From Mobula hypostoma (lineage: Eukaryota), in contig NC_086097.1 of the NCBI RefSeq assembly GCF_963921235.1, positions 114,454,001-114,518,000 on the forward strand: a stretch of 64,000 nucleotides of DNA, read 5' to 3'. Positions 48,154 through 61,004 of this stretch are shown here, one piece after another. The stretch's first letter is position 1, and each line of letters opens with the position of its first letter. The notes under the pieces were generated by a model. It did no database searches. It was not told the origin of the DNA and saw only the letters and a program-made list of their open reading frames with translations. Both the position numbers and the translations under genes were made by a program.

Positions 48154-50390
48154 AGTTGTGCATTTAATATTTCAGTGATATCCTAAATATATTATTTGAT
48201 TAAACATTCCTTCTTGTCCATAATGCATTGTGGGTCATCTGTAAAGGTGCATAACTGGCACATGTCATCACACCACCATAATGTACGAGCGTCCTCACTT
48301 AAAGTAAAAACGAAGTTAGACTCACATTCCCAGCTCTTTTGTTTTCCTTTCAACTAGTTTTTATGTTTCGGAGTTACAAGACATAACAGTGGTGACGAGG
48401 AAGTTTAAAACAAATCTGAAATGACTAGCTGCCTGTTGAAGTACAGTGGGATGTCTGAGTTTTTAAAAGAAACGCAGCGAGTAAAATGAACAGTGCACAT
48501 GTGATCTTCAGAAAAGGAGGCACACAAAAAAGGCAAGAAACAGAAGAATTCATGGGTTCATAAACAGTGATAATAATCATAAAAACAGGAGCAGAAATGC
48601 TTGGCTACATCAGAAAGATTGACATGTTTGATTGTGCAATGGATAATTGGATAGCAAATTTAGCAGTAATTTAAAGCAAATGAAATAGCTGATGAGAAGC
48701 GAGTGATTTTTGCATTGTGCATTGGATTTAAAGGCATACCAAGCTGATGAGAAACAGTGAGGAGCCATTCACGACAAAAATCACTGTTAGTGTGCAAGAA
48801 CAAGAGACTGTCAAACAGCTTAAGTATCTTGGTGCCATCACCAAGCAAGAAGGATCAAAGCCTGAAATCCTTGCAAGGACCCAAACAATAGCAACGCTGG
48901 CTAAACTAGAACCAGTCTGGAGAAACAATAACATCACTCTCAGATCCAAGTTGAAACTCCATCCACATGTGCTCTCCATCTTCTTGTATGCATGTGAATC
49001 ACGGACTGCAAAAGAAGAGCCAGTCAGTAGAAATTAGATGCTTCCAAAGGCTTCTTGGCATCTCCTATACAGACCACATCTCAAACGATGAAGTACAAAG
49101 AACCATCAACTAGCACATGAGATGCTACCATCTACTGTCCACAGTAAAGAAGAGGAAACTGAGATGGTATGGCCGCATAACTCTCAAAGACCATTCTTCA
49201 GGGAATGGTGCAGGGGAAAAGGAAAAGGGGCACACAGAGGAAGAAATGAACAACAACCTGGCAGAGTGGACTGGAGAGAGCTTTGCCACAACCCAGGCAC
49301 TGGCCCACAACTGTGAGAGATGGTGCAGTGCTCTTCTGTGTGTGCCCCTACAGCCCAGGTGAGTTGTGCTATCCGTACGTTTGCTTAGAAATGTGACTGC
49401 TCCAACCAAATCAGCCAGAATTAGCTTTGCTGATATCATGAAAGTAATGCAGAAACATTTAAAACTGAAACCATTGTTGATTGCAGAATGTTCTAGGTTT
49501 CATAAGCAGAATCAAAAGGGGAGTCCATTTCAATGTATGTAGCTATACTGACGAAGTTGTCTGAGCATTGTCAGCTTGGTAATGGCCTTAATGATGCACT
49601 GAGATATTGTTTAGTTTGTGGAATCCTACAAGTAAGCATTCAAAAATGGATTCTAACTGAAGCAGTTCTTATATCTAAAGGAGTAGTTGAAATAGCTGTA
49701 TCAATGGACGCCACAGAAAAAGACACAATTGAGTTGCAGTCATGAATGAAAATGAATGTGAACAAAATTGAAGTCTCTAAATAGAAAACAACCTGGCCGA
49801 ACAAGTTGTGTTGCTGTTGTTGTGGGAGCTCACATATACCAGACCAACGTAGATTTAAAGGCATAACAAGCAACAAAGTAGGACATATACAAAGAGCGTT
49901 TCAGGCAGACCGAAATAAATAGGCTGCACAGGAAAGAAAAAGATAACAATCAAGTTGCAGTTTCAAAAAGAGCACTAATCTGAATGCTGTTGCCGAACAA
50001 TCTGATAATGATGAGAATGACACAGGATTGGGTAGCCTTGAGACTTAGTGTATAATGTGAAAACTAACAATAGACAAGCAATATGGCCTTCGCCATATTG
50101 AACGTCAAGTTAATTTAGAATGAAATTTCACAAAATTAATTTGGGCGCTATTTCAAAGATACTGAACTGAAGATATCCAACTAAGAACTTATACTGGAAA
50201 AAAGTTAACTCCTGTGGGAATAACATTTGTAACAGTGAAATACAACAGCCAAAAAGACACATTGAGTTTGTATGTGGTAAAAACAGGAGGGCCAGCATTG
50301 TGGGTGTGTGAGTAGCTGGGGCAACTACAACTTGATTGGCGATCCATCCACCATTTGAATGCCACATCCCCTACAAAAGAGTCAACTTCA
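48154..50390 (+). mobile_element. Decayed Gypsy (Mag-like) element: LTR, PBS and gag remnant, truncated
   Basis: LTR-like block ending ATAACA (48388), then TGGTGACGAGG. Gag GYIRKIDMFD, LSEHCQLGNGLNDALR..LVCG, and a knuckle remnant near 49810-49900. Confidence 0.75.
48740..49370 (+). mobile_element. RTE-clade LINE 3' fragment inserted in the Gypsy gag
   Basis: ETVKQLKYLGA..VWRNNNITLRSKLKL..SIFLYACES; VKKRKLRWYG. Confidence 0.8.
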
Positions 50391-50850
50391 GTTAAGAAAG
50401 ATACTGTCTCCATACTGTCTCTCCCGGTGGTTAACCATCTACTATCTGAATTCTGTTTTCTAGGTCTGACCATCTCAGTAAACGACTCATCTATGAAGTT
50501 TCCATTCTTCTGGATAGTCCAGAGTCCATTCACCTGCAGCTCCAGTTCCTTTACCTTGTCAATCAGGAGCTGAAGTTTTGTGCACTTCCTGCATCCTGCC
50601 ACACTTGTTATGCCTCTAACTTCTCAAACTTAACTTCTACCCTGCGCCTGTTCTCGCTCATGTCTGTTGAGCTAGACCTGACCACTCTAACACTGGCTAC
50701 TCACACCATGGCTGCTTCTCTCTAGCCACTCTTCTTTTTATTGACCCGTGCTAATTAATCCTAGTTACTATTAACCCAAGCAAACTCCCACTCCACAGGC
50801 AAGTCCCACTCCCCTTCTAGATCAGCGAATCAGGAGTTCATGGCCACTTA
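50390..50850 (-). mobile_element. CR1 5' region with an ORF1 N-terminal remnant
   Basis: CRKCTKLQLLIDKVKELELQV..IDESFTEMVRP, typical of the CR1 ORF1 zinc-finger/leucine-zipper region. Confidence 0.7.
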
Positions 50851-51985
50851 CAAGCTTTCAAATCGTACCTCTTGTATATTGAAATTATAATGTATATTGC
50901 AATCTGCAAGTCCTAGAAATGATCCCTGAGGTATTCCACTGGATATAGAAAGAAACTTATTTTCTTTCTGAGAAAGTCAAAACGTTTCACATGTTATCTT
51001 CCTCACTTTATGAAATAAATATTTTACAAGCACAATAATCTTATCAGATAAAGATACTTTGCCTCTCACTGCTGAGGGGATGTCTGCGGAAAGAAAAAAA
51101 TATAGAAATGGCAGGGTAGAATTTTAGGGAGAAAAAACAGAAAATTACAAATTGCATTGCATAACTTGAAGGGATTCACTAAAATAATATAATATGAAGT
51201 GCATTGCAGAACCAAACTGCAAGGTGTACTACTTGTTAATTATTAATTATTTGGATGCTTTATTCTTGATTCAAAGGACTTTGATCTAGTGAAAGCTAAA
51301 TTTCAATCAACACAAGAACCTCTCATCCCAAAGGTACCAGCTTTGATTCCTATTAGAATGATGACTCCAGCTGTCAAATCCTTTCTAATAATGGTCTGCA
51401 AGTTCAAATATCAATAGCTAATTTGAAACTGTAACAGTGTCACAGAAAGTGAGCAGCAGGGATAATCTCTTCAGGATTTTTCTAATCTCCTGCTATAATT
51501 TTGGCAGAAGGCTGTGAAACACCAAGACAAACATGACAAATAGTAAGAATCAACCGTTTTTATTGCACCTTCAAACTTTCATGTTTGAATAACAACAGAA
51601 GATCAGCAGAATGCAATGGGAATTCTCTCAGAATATTTCCTTATTAAACTGTACTCATATGATCTTTACGTATAGCTGTTCCGCTGGCTCACAATGGACA
51701 ACAAATACTAAACGTTTTGTGTCCTGGTGGGTCTCTTCAGTGCATGTTAGCCAACATAATGTATCAGCTTGGAAATGTAAATCAGTATTTTGTTTAATTT
51801 ATGCCTGACTCCAGGTTTTGGCTAAAAACTGACTCTAAAGTTAGATTGAAATTGCATCCATCAATGGTGCTGATAACAAACTTTTCCAAAACTCCAGGCT
51901 CATGAAAGCAACAACTTGAACCTAATAAACACCCTGATAAGAAAGGACGTCCAAAGGCATTTCACAAATACACTTGAGCGAAGTA

Positions 51986-52330
51986 CACTCAGAGGCCACT
52001 TTATTAGGTGACCTGTACACCGGCTCGTTAATGCAAATATCTAGTCAACCAGTCATGTGGCAGCAACTCAATACATAAAAGCATGCAGATATGATCAAGA
52101 GGTTCAATTGTTGTTCAGACAAGAGATGTGACCCAAGTGAGTTTGACTGTGGAATGGTTATTGATGCCAGGTGGACTGGTTTGAGTATTTCAGGAAATGC
52201 TGATCTCCTGGGATTTTCGTGCACAACAATCTCTGGAGTTTACAGAGAATGGTGCAAGAAGCATCCAATGAGAGGCAGCTCTGTGGGTGAAAACGCCTTG
52301 TTAATGAGGGAGATCGGAGGAGAATGGCCA
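51986..52330 (+). mobile_element. Tc1-derived MITE, partial
   Basis: TA followed by cactcagaggccactttattagg; FDCGMVIDARWTGLSISGNADLLGFSCTTISGVYREW. Confidence 0.8.
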
Positions 52331-55300
52331 ACTATCGCAATGAAGAAACCAGCGTTCCTCGGGTGAAGCTGTCAGTCATTCTGCAGAGCCAGTCCATCTT
52401 CCGACCCCGGAGAGATTTGGCCATGACCTGGGCCCTTGCCAAGGCTTCCTCTCTCAATGTTTGTTGGTGTTTGAACTCCAGCCATTCCGGTTCCTTACGG
52501 AGCACGGAAAGGTGACCTTCATGTTCTCGTTCCTGCCCTGGGCCACGGCACTTTAGGAGCAAAGCTCTAAGATTTGCTCGGATTCAGAGGAATTCATGGT
52601 CGCCATGAAGAAGGTGTTCCATCACCCTGCTGGAGCAGGCTGTGCATCGGATCATCTGATGAATGTGCGTCAGGGTAGTTGGTCAGCAGCTGACTGTGCT
52701 ATTGAATTTCGGACTTTGGCCGAAGAGAGTGGCTGGAATGGGGAGGCCTTGGCCATTCTTTACCACCATGTGTTTTGAGACAAACTAAAGGATGCCTTGC
52801 CTTGGGAGAGCTAGTAGAGGACTTAGAGCCTCTGATCCATTCACCTCGATAATTGCCTGGTGGAGTGAGAATGGGACTACCTTACAAGGTCGAAGAAGAA
52901 TAGGCTGAGCCCAGCCTCAATGCATCACCGTTCCATTTCCCAACCTGAGACAATGACCAGCCCATCTCCTGTTCGAGATTCTGTCAAGCCCTTGCAAACT
53001 GGCTGCACAAGACTCTCAGAGTCGGAGTCAAGATTGTTGCTATTACTATGGGGAAGCAGGTCACCTGCGGGCCACATATCCAAAGCTGCAGCCATTGGGA
53101 AACCGAAAAGACCATCTGGTGTCGGGAGGACTGTGACGATAGCAGCTACTTTTCCCAACCCGAATGATTCTGGTGTCCTGCTGAAGGCGGAGATCTCCTG
53201 GGGTAAGAACTGACAAGAGGTGAATGCCTTTGTGGACTCTGGGGCAACTGGTAACTTCCTGGACTTGGGGACTGTCTGCTGGCTCGACATACCTCCGCAG
53301 GAGTTGAGTCGGCCATGCCCGCACCAGCCCTGGATGGTTGCCTTCTTGGTTCTGGGCTGATCCTGCAGCAGACATCAGTTTTGCAAATGAGGATAGAAGG
53401 ATATGCAGAAGATATTTGTTTCTGTTCATCTGTTTTCCTCGCATACTACTGATCCTCGGGCACCCTTGGCTGTCCCAGCATAACCCTTACATGAACTGGA
53501 AGGAAGGGAGGATCATTGCACGGTCCAGTCAGTGCAAGAGGGTATGTTTTCAGCTTGGTGTTCCAACCCCCAGACTCTCTAAAGAACTGCAGCCAATGAG
53601 GAGACAGACTCTAGTTCAGAGTAACCTGGAGCCTCTGAGAGACCCATTCCTGCTGCCAGGACCATGCGTACCCTAACCCTGTCTAGTCGGGAGTGCACTG
53701 GAACTATAGAGAAAGGGTCTCCTGTTCAGGATCAAGCCAAAGAGGTGCCCAAGGAGTCTGAAGCTCCAGCAGCCAAGCCTAAAGGATCCAGATGCCAGGT
53801 CCTGTCGAAGAGAAAAGCTCCTAAAAGTAGACCCTTTGAGCCTAGTTCCAGGAGCACAAAGACTATTCATAGTGCCTTTTTGCCATTGTCTGAGGATGTG
53901 GGTAAGGATTTGGACTCTGATTTGGTCTTTATTTCAGCTAAAGACTCGTGAACCTAGGGTGATCCTGAGGTCTGCCAAATCACCCCTGCTATCTAATGAG
54001 CTTCACGAATTATCCTTGAAGGGAGGTTCGGGGTTAGTTGTGACACGCAAGCTTGTCAAAATCCCTTCTGTCTTCAAGGGTTTCGAAGAGGTCTTTAGCA
54101 AAGGAAAGGCTTCAACTCTTCCATTGCAACTGTGGTATTGATCTACTGCTTGGTACTTGTCCTCCGCAGCATCAATTATACACATAAAGGAGGCTTGACA
54201 TGGGATTCATTTGCCCCTCTACCTCACCAGCCGCGCAGGCTTCTCTGTACAGAAAAAGGACAGCAGCCTGTGGCCATGCATTGACTATATAAGGGCTGAA
54301 TCTCATAACGGCCAAAAACCATTACCACCTTCCACTCATGAATATGGCCTTTGAGATTCTCCAAGGGGCAAGAGTACTCTCGAAGCTAGTCTCATGGAGC
54401 GTGTACAATCTGGTCCGCATGGAGGGCAACAAGTGGAAGGCTGCTTTCAACATATATTGACAGGGCCAATGAGTACCTGGTTATGCCCTTCAGCCTTGTA
54501 AATGCACCAGCAGTTTTCCAGGCCTTTATAAATTACTTGCTCCCGGATGTTCTCCATAAGTACGCCTTGTCCATGGAGGAACAAATCGTTCACGTCAGAG
54601 ATATATTAAAGAGGCTTCTAAATCATGGACTTTATGTCAAGCTAGAGAAATCTGAATTTCACATGACCACCATTTCATTTTTGGGTTTTATCATCTCTAA
54701 TGGCAAACTCAAGATGGACCCTACTAAGACACAGGCAGTCAGAAATTGGCCACAACCATTCAACATGAAATTAGTCCAGTGATCCGGCAACTTTTACAGG
54801 AAGTTCATCAGGAGCTTTAGCTCAGTGCTGCTCCACTGACAGCACTAACTATGAGATCCATGGGCACTTTTGCCTCGGATATCGGAGTGGATACAGTATG
54901 GTCTCAATGGACACCTTCAGACAATAAAATGCACTGGTGTGTATTCTTCTCCAAGTGGCTATCCCTGGCAGACATGAACTACAACATCAGGAATAGAGAG
55001 TTGCTCACAGTCAAGATGGCTTTCGAGGAATAGCATCGCTGGCCAAGAACCAGTATGGACAGACCACAAGAATCTGGCTTATATTCAGGAGGCAAAAGAT
55101 TGAATTCCAGACAGGCCAGGTGGTCTCTTTTCTTTAACTGCTTCAATTTCATCATGACCTATTGACCAGGGTCAAAGAATCAGAAGCCACGTGCCTTGTC
55201 TGGTCAATTTGATGAACCCAAAAGAGAGGAGCAGCTACCATCATTTTGCCGCAAGCTAAGGTGAAAATGCTAATTTGTTTGTTGGGGAATCAACACACTT

Positions 55301-56916
55301 GTTCACAAGGCCTAGACGCTAGAGAAGGTTCCCAAGAATGGTCTGTTTGTCCCAAGTCTCAGGTAATTCAATGGGCACACTCATCATGAATAACCACTTA
55401 TTGAAGGATTGCCAGGACCCTTGAGTTCATTAAGAGAAGATACTGGTGGCCTGGAATAGGGAGAGAGGTCTGACAATATGTGCAGGCATGTGAGGTGTGT
55501 GCCCTGAACAAGAACCCCTGTACCCAACCTTAAGGGCTCCTTTCACCCTATACCTGTTCTGGACAGACCATGGGCACACATCTGCATGGACTTTTTCATG
55601 GGTCTTCTGCCTTCCTTCATCATGGTAATTGTAGATCTATTTTCGAAGGCCTGCTAATTAATTGCCTTGGACAAATTACCATCTGCAGTGGAGATGGCTG
55701 AAATTGTCCTGCACCAGGTCTTCAAGATCCATGGATTTCCAGTGCACATTGTGTCGAACCTCAGCCCTCAATTCGTGTCACTTTTTTGGAGGGCATTCTG
55801 TAGGCTGATTGGGGCAACAGTGAGTATTTCCTCTGGGATCCCCACTCCCTCTGCCCTACAGACCAACTGCCAGACCAAGCTGGTGAACCCTAAGATGCCT
55901 GGCCTCTGAAGAACCAAACCAATAGTGCAGCTTTTTGTGTGGGCAGAGGTCAGCCACAACACTTTACAGCACAGTGCACATGGGATGTCCCCATTCAAAT
56001 ACCAACTTGAGTATTCCTTGCCACTCTTCCTTGAGCAGGAGCTGAGGTTGGGGTTCCTGCGGCCAAAGATCTTGTCCAACGCTGCAAGAAAAATTGTCTG
56101 GGGCAGGGGAGATTTTGTTGGTCTACCTGGAAGGCTGAAATAAAGGCTAACCGCAAGAGTTGACAGGGACCAGCTTTGCAGCCTGGACAACAGGTCTGGC
56201 TGTCTAGTCAGGATTTGACTCTCCAGGTGGAATCTAGGAAGCTGGTGTCCAAGTTCAAAGTTCTGAAGAAATTAAACCTGGTGGCTTACTCTTTGCAACA
56301 CCCCAAGACCCTCAAGATCAATCCCACCTTCCACATTTCCAAACTAAAACCTGTAAACACCAGTCCTTTCACCCCACCACCAACAGTTCCGCTGCCACCC
56401 AGATATGTCAATGGGGAACAGGTCTTCACCATAGATATGTTCAGGGTGTTCAGCACTTTCTCATGGACTGGGGAAGATTTGGGCCTGTGGAACGGTGCTA
56501 GGTTCCTGAAAGGGACATCATGGACCTAGCTCTCATCTATGGCTACCATCATCATCTTTCTGACCAGCCAGGGCAGTCAGGAATCAGTCGTATGGGAGGG
56601 GGTCCTGTTATGACATGCAACTGACCACCCCGGCCTCTGAGGGTTGGGTGCTCTAACTCTCTGGAATGTGGATAGCTGGAACAGCCACTTTAAAGATTCA
56701 GGCCTGCCCTGTTAATTGACGACCATGTTTTGGGGCCAGAATTTAAATAGTTAAAGAGCACCTGATCTGGGATCGGTGCTCAATCATCAACCCTACTTTG
56801 GATTCTCATCTAGCATCTAGATTAGAACCCTCTCCTTTCCTTGTTTCAGTCCCGTATTGTGTTCGGATACTCCAGCACCTGGGTCCAAACCATTGTTGCC
56901 TAGGTCTCTCATCACA
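52330..56916 (+). mobile_element. Decayed sushi/chromovirus-type Gypsy element (PEG10/RTL-like gag-pol) with a 3' LTR
   Basis: Gag RQGSWSAADCAIEFRTLA; protease FVDSGATGNF; RT MPFSLVNAPAVFQ and KLEKSEF; RNase H NYNIRNRELL; integrase and chromodomain remnants; PPT gggagggggtcc; LTR 56606-56916 (TGTTA...TCACA). Confidence 0.88.
53097..53103 (+). other. -1 ribosomal frameshift slippery heptamer G GGA AAC
   Basis: Follows the gag knuckle CYYYGEAGHLRATYP in the correct phase; the -1 frame leads to the protease DSGA motif. Confidence 0.7.
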
Positions 56917-59000
56917 CGTGAGAGCATCCTTCATGGGGGTGAACCCACGGAAAGCATGCGGCCCAGATAGGATACCTGATCAAGTGCTAAAGACCTGTGC
57001 TGCTGATTAATATCTTTAATCTCTTGCTTTGGCAGTCAGAGGTACCCAACTGCTTCAAGCAGCTTCACTTCTACAAGTACCTGAGAAGAACATGGTTCCT
57101 GCCTCAATGACCATCAGCCACTGCACTTAGATCCACGATAATTAAGTGCTTTAAAAGTTGGTGATGAAACATATCAACTCCAGCCTGAGAAGTGTCTTGG
57201 ATCCACTCCAATTTGCCTACCATCACAACAGGTCAACAGCAGATGCTATTTTATTGTTTCTTCACTCGACCCTGGAACATCTGTATAGTGAAGATATTTA
57301 CATTAGGATGCTCTTCATTGACTACAGCTCGGTACTCAATACTATCATCCCCTCAAAACTAATCAATAAGCTCCAAGACCTTGGCCTCAATACCTCCTTG
57401 TGCAATTGGATCCTCTATTTCCTCACTTGCAGACCCCAGTCAGTTCAGATTGATAACATCTCTTCCATAGTCACCATCAGCGCAGGTGCACCATAAGGCT
57501 GTGTGTTTAGCTGCCCACTCTACTTGCTTTATACTTATGACTGTTGGCTAAATACAGCTCTAATGCTATATTAAGATTTGCTGGCTCCACTGAAAGGTAG
57601 TAAGGATTCAGCATATAAGAGGGAAATTGAAAGTTTGGCTGAGTAGTGCCAGAACAACAACCTCTCATTGAATGTCAGCAAGATCAAGGAGCTGATAATT
57701 GACTTCAGGAGGAGGAAACCAAAAGTCCACGAGCCATTCCTCATCAAAGAATCAAAGGTGGACAGGGTCCACAACTTTAAATTCTTCAGCGTCATCACTT
57801 CAGAGGATCTGTTCTGGCTCCAGCAAGTAAGTGCCATTATGGAGAAAGCACAGCAGTGCCTCTGCTTTCTCAGAAGTTTGTGAAGACTTGGCATGTCATC
57901 TAAAACAGTGACAATCCTCTGTAGATGTGTGGTGGAGACTATATTGATAGGTTGCATCATGGCTTACTATAGACACACCAATGCCCTTGAACGGAACAAC
58001 CGTTGCAGGTAATGTTGCAGCTATATAGGACCCTGATCAGACCCCACTTGGAGTGCTGTGCTCAGTTCTGGTCGCTCCACTATAGACAGGATGTGGAAAC
58101 CATAGAAAGGGTGCAGAGGGGATTTACAAGGATGTAGCCTGGATTGGGGAGCATGCCTTATGAGAATAGGCTGAGTGAACTCGGCCTTTTTTCCTTGGAG
58201 CAACGGAGGATGAGAAGTCACCTGAAAGAGGAGTATAAGGTGATGAGAGGCATTGATCGTGTGGATAGTCAAAAGTTTTTTTCCCAGAGCTGGAATGGCT
58301 AGCACGAGAGGGCACAGTTTTAAGGTGCTTGGAAGTAGGTACAGAGGAGATGTCAGGGGTAAGTTTTTTACGCAGAGAGTGGTGAGTGTGTGGAATGGGC
58401 TGCTAGCAATGGTGGTGGAGGCAGATATGATAAGGTCTTTCAAGAGACTCCTGGACAGGTACATGAAGCTCAGAAAAATAGAGGGCTATGGGTAACCCTG
58501 GGTAATTTCTAAGGTAAGGACATGTTCGGCACAGCTTTGTGGGCGAAAGGGCCTGTATTGTGCTGTAGGTTTTCTATGTTTCTAAACTACAAAGTGTTGG
58601 ATTCGGCCAAGTCCATCGCGGGCAAAGCCCTCCCCATCGCTGAGCACATCGACATGGAGCACAGTCTCAGGAAAGCAGTGTCCATCCCCAGACCACACTC
58701 CCTTCTCATTGCTGCCATCAGGAAGAATATATAGGAGCCTCAGCACTCACATCATCAGGTTCAGGAACAGTTATTACCCCTCAACCGTCAGCCTCCTGAA
58801 ACCGAGGTATTAAACTTCGCTCAATTTTACTCTACTCATTACTGAATTGCTCCCACGACCTACTGATTCACTTCCAAGGTCTCTTCATCTCATATTCTCA
58901 ATATTTAGTGCTTATTTATTTATTAGTATTGTTTCTTTGTTTTTGCATTTGCAGTTTGGTGTCTTTTGCACACTGGTTGAATGCCCAAGTTGGTGCATTA
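56917..59000 (+). mobile_element. Rex1/Babar RT and 3' end, split by a CR1
   Basis: [36 protein letters not shown]; host resumes at ~58584. Confidence 0.85.
58003..58583 (+). mobile_element. CR1 3' fragment
   Basis: RGHSFKVLGSRYRGDVRGKFFTQRVVSVWN; tail ttttctatgtttcta. Confidence 0.9.
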
Positions 59001-59019
59001 TTTATATTAATTCCTTGTT

Positions 59020-59325
59020 TATTTATTATTAATATTCTTTCAACTCAAGCTAGTAAAACTTGAGGTACAGGCATACTCATTTCTCAATTGCTAGGATCTT
59101 TAGGACTATTCTACTGGTGTTTAGTATTGTGGCTTTCGGAGGATGTGCATAAATATTGTAGCGTAGGCCTAATTGTTTAATGCTATTGTGTAGTAACTTT
59201 GGGATGACACCAGTTGTAGATGTTACTGTTGGGATAATGTACAGTATGCCCTGTTCCTGTTACAAAGTCTTTCAATATTCTCTTTTAATTCAGCATATTT
59301 CAGGTGTTTTCACTTATTGATACTT
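59020..59325 (-). mobile_element. R4/Dong-clade (restriction-like endonuclease) LINE 3' fragment
   Basis: Minus strand HLKYAELKENIERL...YIIPTVTSTTGVIPKLLHNSIKQLGL...KATILNTSRIVLKIL then a stop at 59077-59079, a short UTR and a TAA-rich end. Confidence 0.7.
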
Positions 59326-59859
59326 ATGCTTCATATTCACCCATAGGTTGTATTGTACCCTGCTACTCTATTTACATTCTACTAGCTCTATTGCGCCTTT
59401 CTCTATGCTTAACGTTCCACACTTACCTAGTCCAAAGTTCATGTTAATAGCACTAGAACAGTTCTACTACTGAATTAATTACTTTAGGTTTACTGACAAA
59501 GGAGGGTATAATTTCAAATCATCCATGTATAGAAAATATGTCAAGGTATAATTCATTTGGTTGCCTCTGATTTTCTGCCAATTAGAGAGTGGGTTTAAAG
59601 CTAGACATAACTATAGTGGGCTTAGACTGTTTCTCTAGAAAAAACCTAGGTTTATTTTGAATATGGTGGTTGTTTTTGTTTTGGTTGTTAATAGATAGGG
59701 TGATTATAGTACACCAATGCTTCATCAGATGTAGGAATTTCACGAGTATTTGAAGTCATTTATACATATTAAGAGCTTCTATTAACCATGAGCATCAGAC
59801 AGAATCAAAAGCTTTTTGGGAGTTATAATATAATTATTATAATTAAGTAATATAATTTT

Positions 59860-60015
59860 TTTTTATTTGCACGGTTTGTTGTCTTTTGTTCAGTGATTTT
59901 TGTCTTGTTGGGTGTGGTCTTTCAATTCTATTGTGTTTCTTGCATTTACAGTGAATTCCTGAAAGAAAAATAATCTTTGTTGTATATGGTGATTATATGT
60001 AATTTGGTAATAAAT
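59860..60015 (+). mobile_element. Rex1/Babar 3' tail
   Basis: tttgcacggtttgttgtcttt..gtgaattcctgaaagaaaa..taataaattta. Confidence 0.65.
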
Positions 60016-60480
60016 TTATGATGTAATAGGGGGTAGAGGCAAGGTGCATTTAGTTTGGAGTTCAGTTGGGTGTGTGGTGATAGATAGGAACCCAAGGAGA
60101 ATTCTACTGGTTGTTCGACTGACGTTGGAAGAGGATAACAACTTTTCTTTACTACTTCTTATTGCAAGCATTTCCTGTGGCAAAATATTCTGTGATCCAT
60201 GATCTATGTAAAGACATTTCATCTGATTCATCATCTCATTTTAGTGACAATTTGAAAGTGATGACTTTTCACATTAATTTCTAATTGAGAATCTTTTCAT
60301 ATGAACTTTATTATAAGCCTCTTCTATTAATCAAGTCCTTTCTATTGGATCCAGTAGTCTTAGTAGTTTACATGTGTTATTGAAATTGAAGTTTCTCTTT
60401 ACTGCCATCATTTTAGGTGAACTATGCAAAATTCTTTATAATTGTGATATTTTTTCCTATACTGGATACACAATGTTACA

Positions 60481-61004
60481 CACTCAGTGGCAACTTTATT
60501 AGGTACCTCCTATATGTAATAAAGTGGTTACTAAGTGTATGTTCATGGTCTTCTGCTGCTGCCGCCCATCCATTTCAAGGTTTGATGTGTCTGTTCAGAG
60601 ATGATCTTCTGCACACCACTGTTGTAATATGAAGTTATTTGAGTTACTGTCACGTTTCTGTCATCTTCAAGCAGCCTAGCCATTTTCCTCTGAACTCTCA
60701 TATTAAAAAGTCACTTTCACCCTCAGAACTGCCACTCGCTGAATGTTTTTTGTTTCTTGTATCATTCTCTGTAAACTCTAGAGACATGCCCGTCCCCGGC
60801 AACAAGATACTCAAACTAACCCTTCTGGTACCAACGATCATTCCATGGTCAAAGTCATTTAGATCACATTTCTCCCCCATTCTGATGTTTGGTCTGAACA
60901 TTAACTGAACCTTTTGACCATGTCTGCATGCTCTTATGCATTAAGTTGCTGCCATATGATTGGCTGATTGGGCATTTGTATCTAATAAAATGGCCCAATG
61001 AGTG
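60481..61004 (-). mobile_element. Tc1-derived MITE with both termini
   Basis: cactcagtggcaactttattagg ... ctaataaaatggcccaatgagtg; antisense MGEKCDLNDFDHGMIVG. Confidence 0.8.

Noticed and set aside
52596..56529. Domesticated PEG10/RTL1-like gene
   Set aside because: Many stops and frameshifts, with PPT and LTR retained; a decayed element.
60016..60234. 72-aa minus-strand ORF with an acceptor-like site as a terminal exon
   Set aside because: No recognisable protein and no supporting upstream exon; it ends against a Rex tail.
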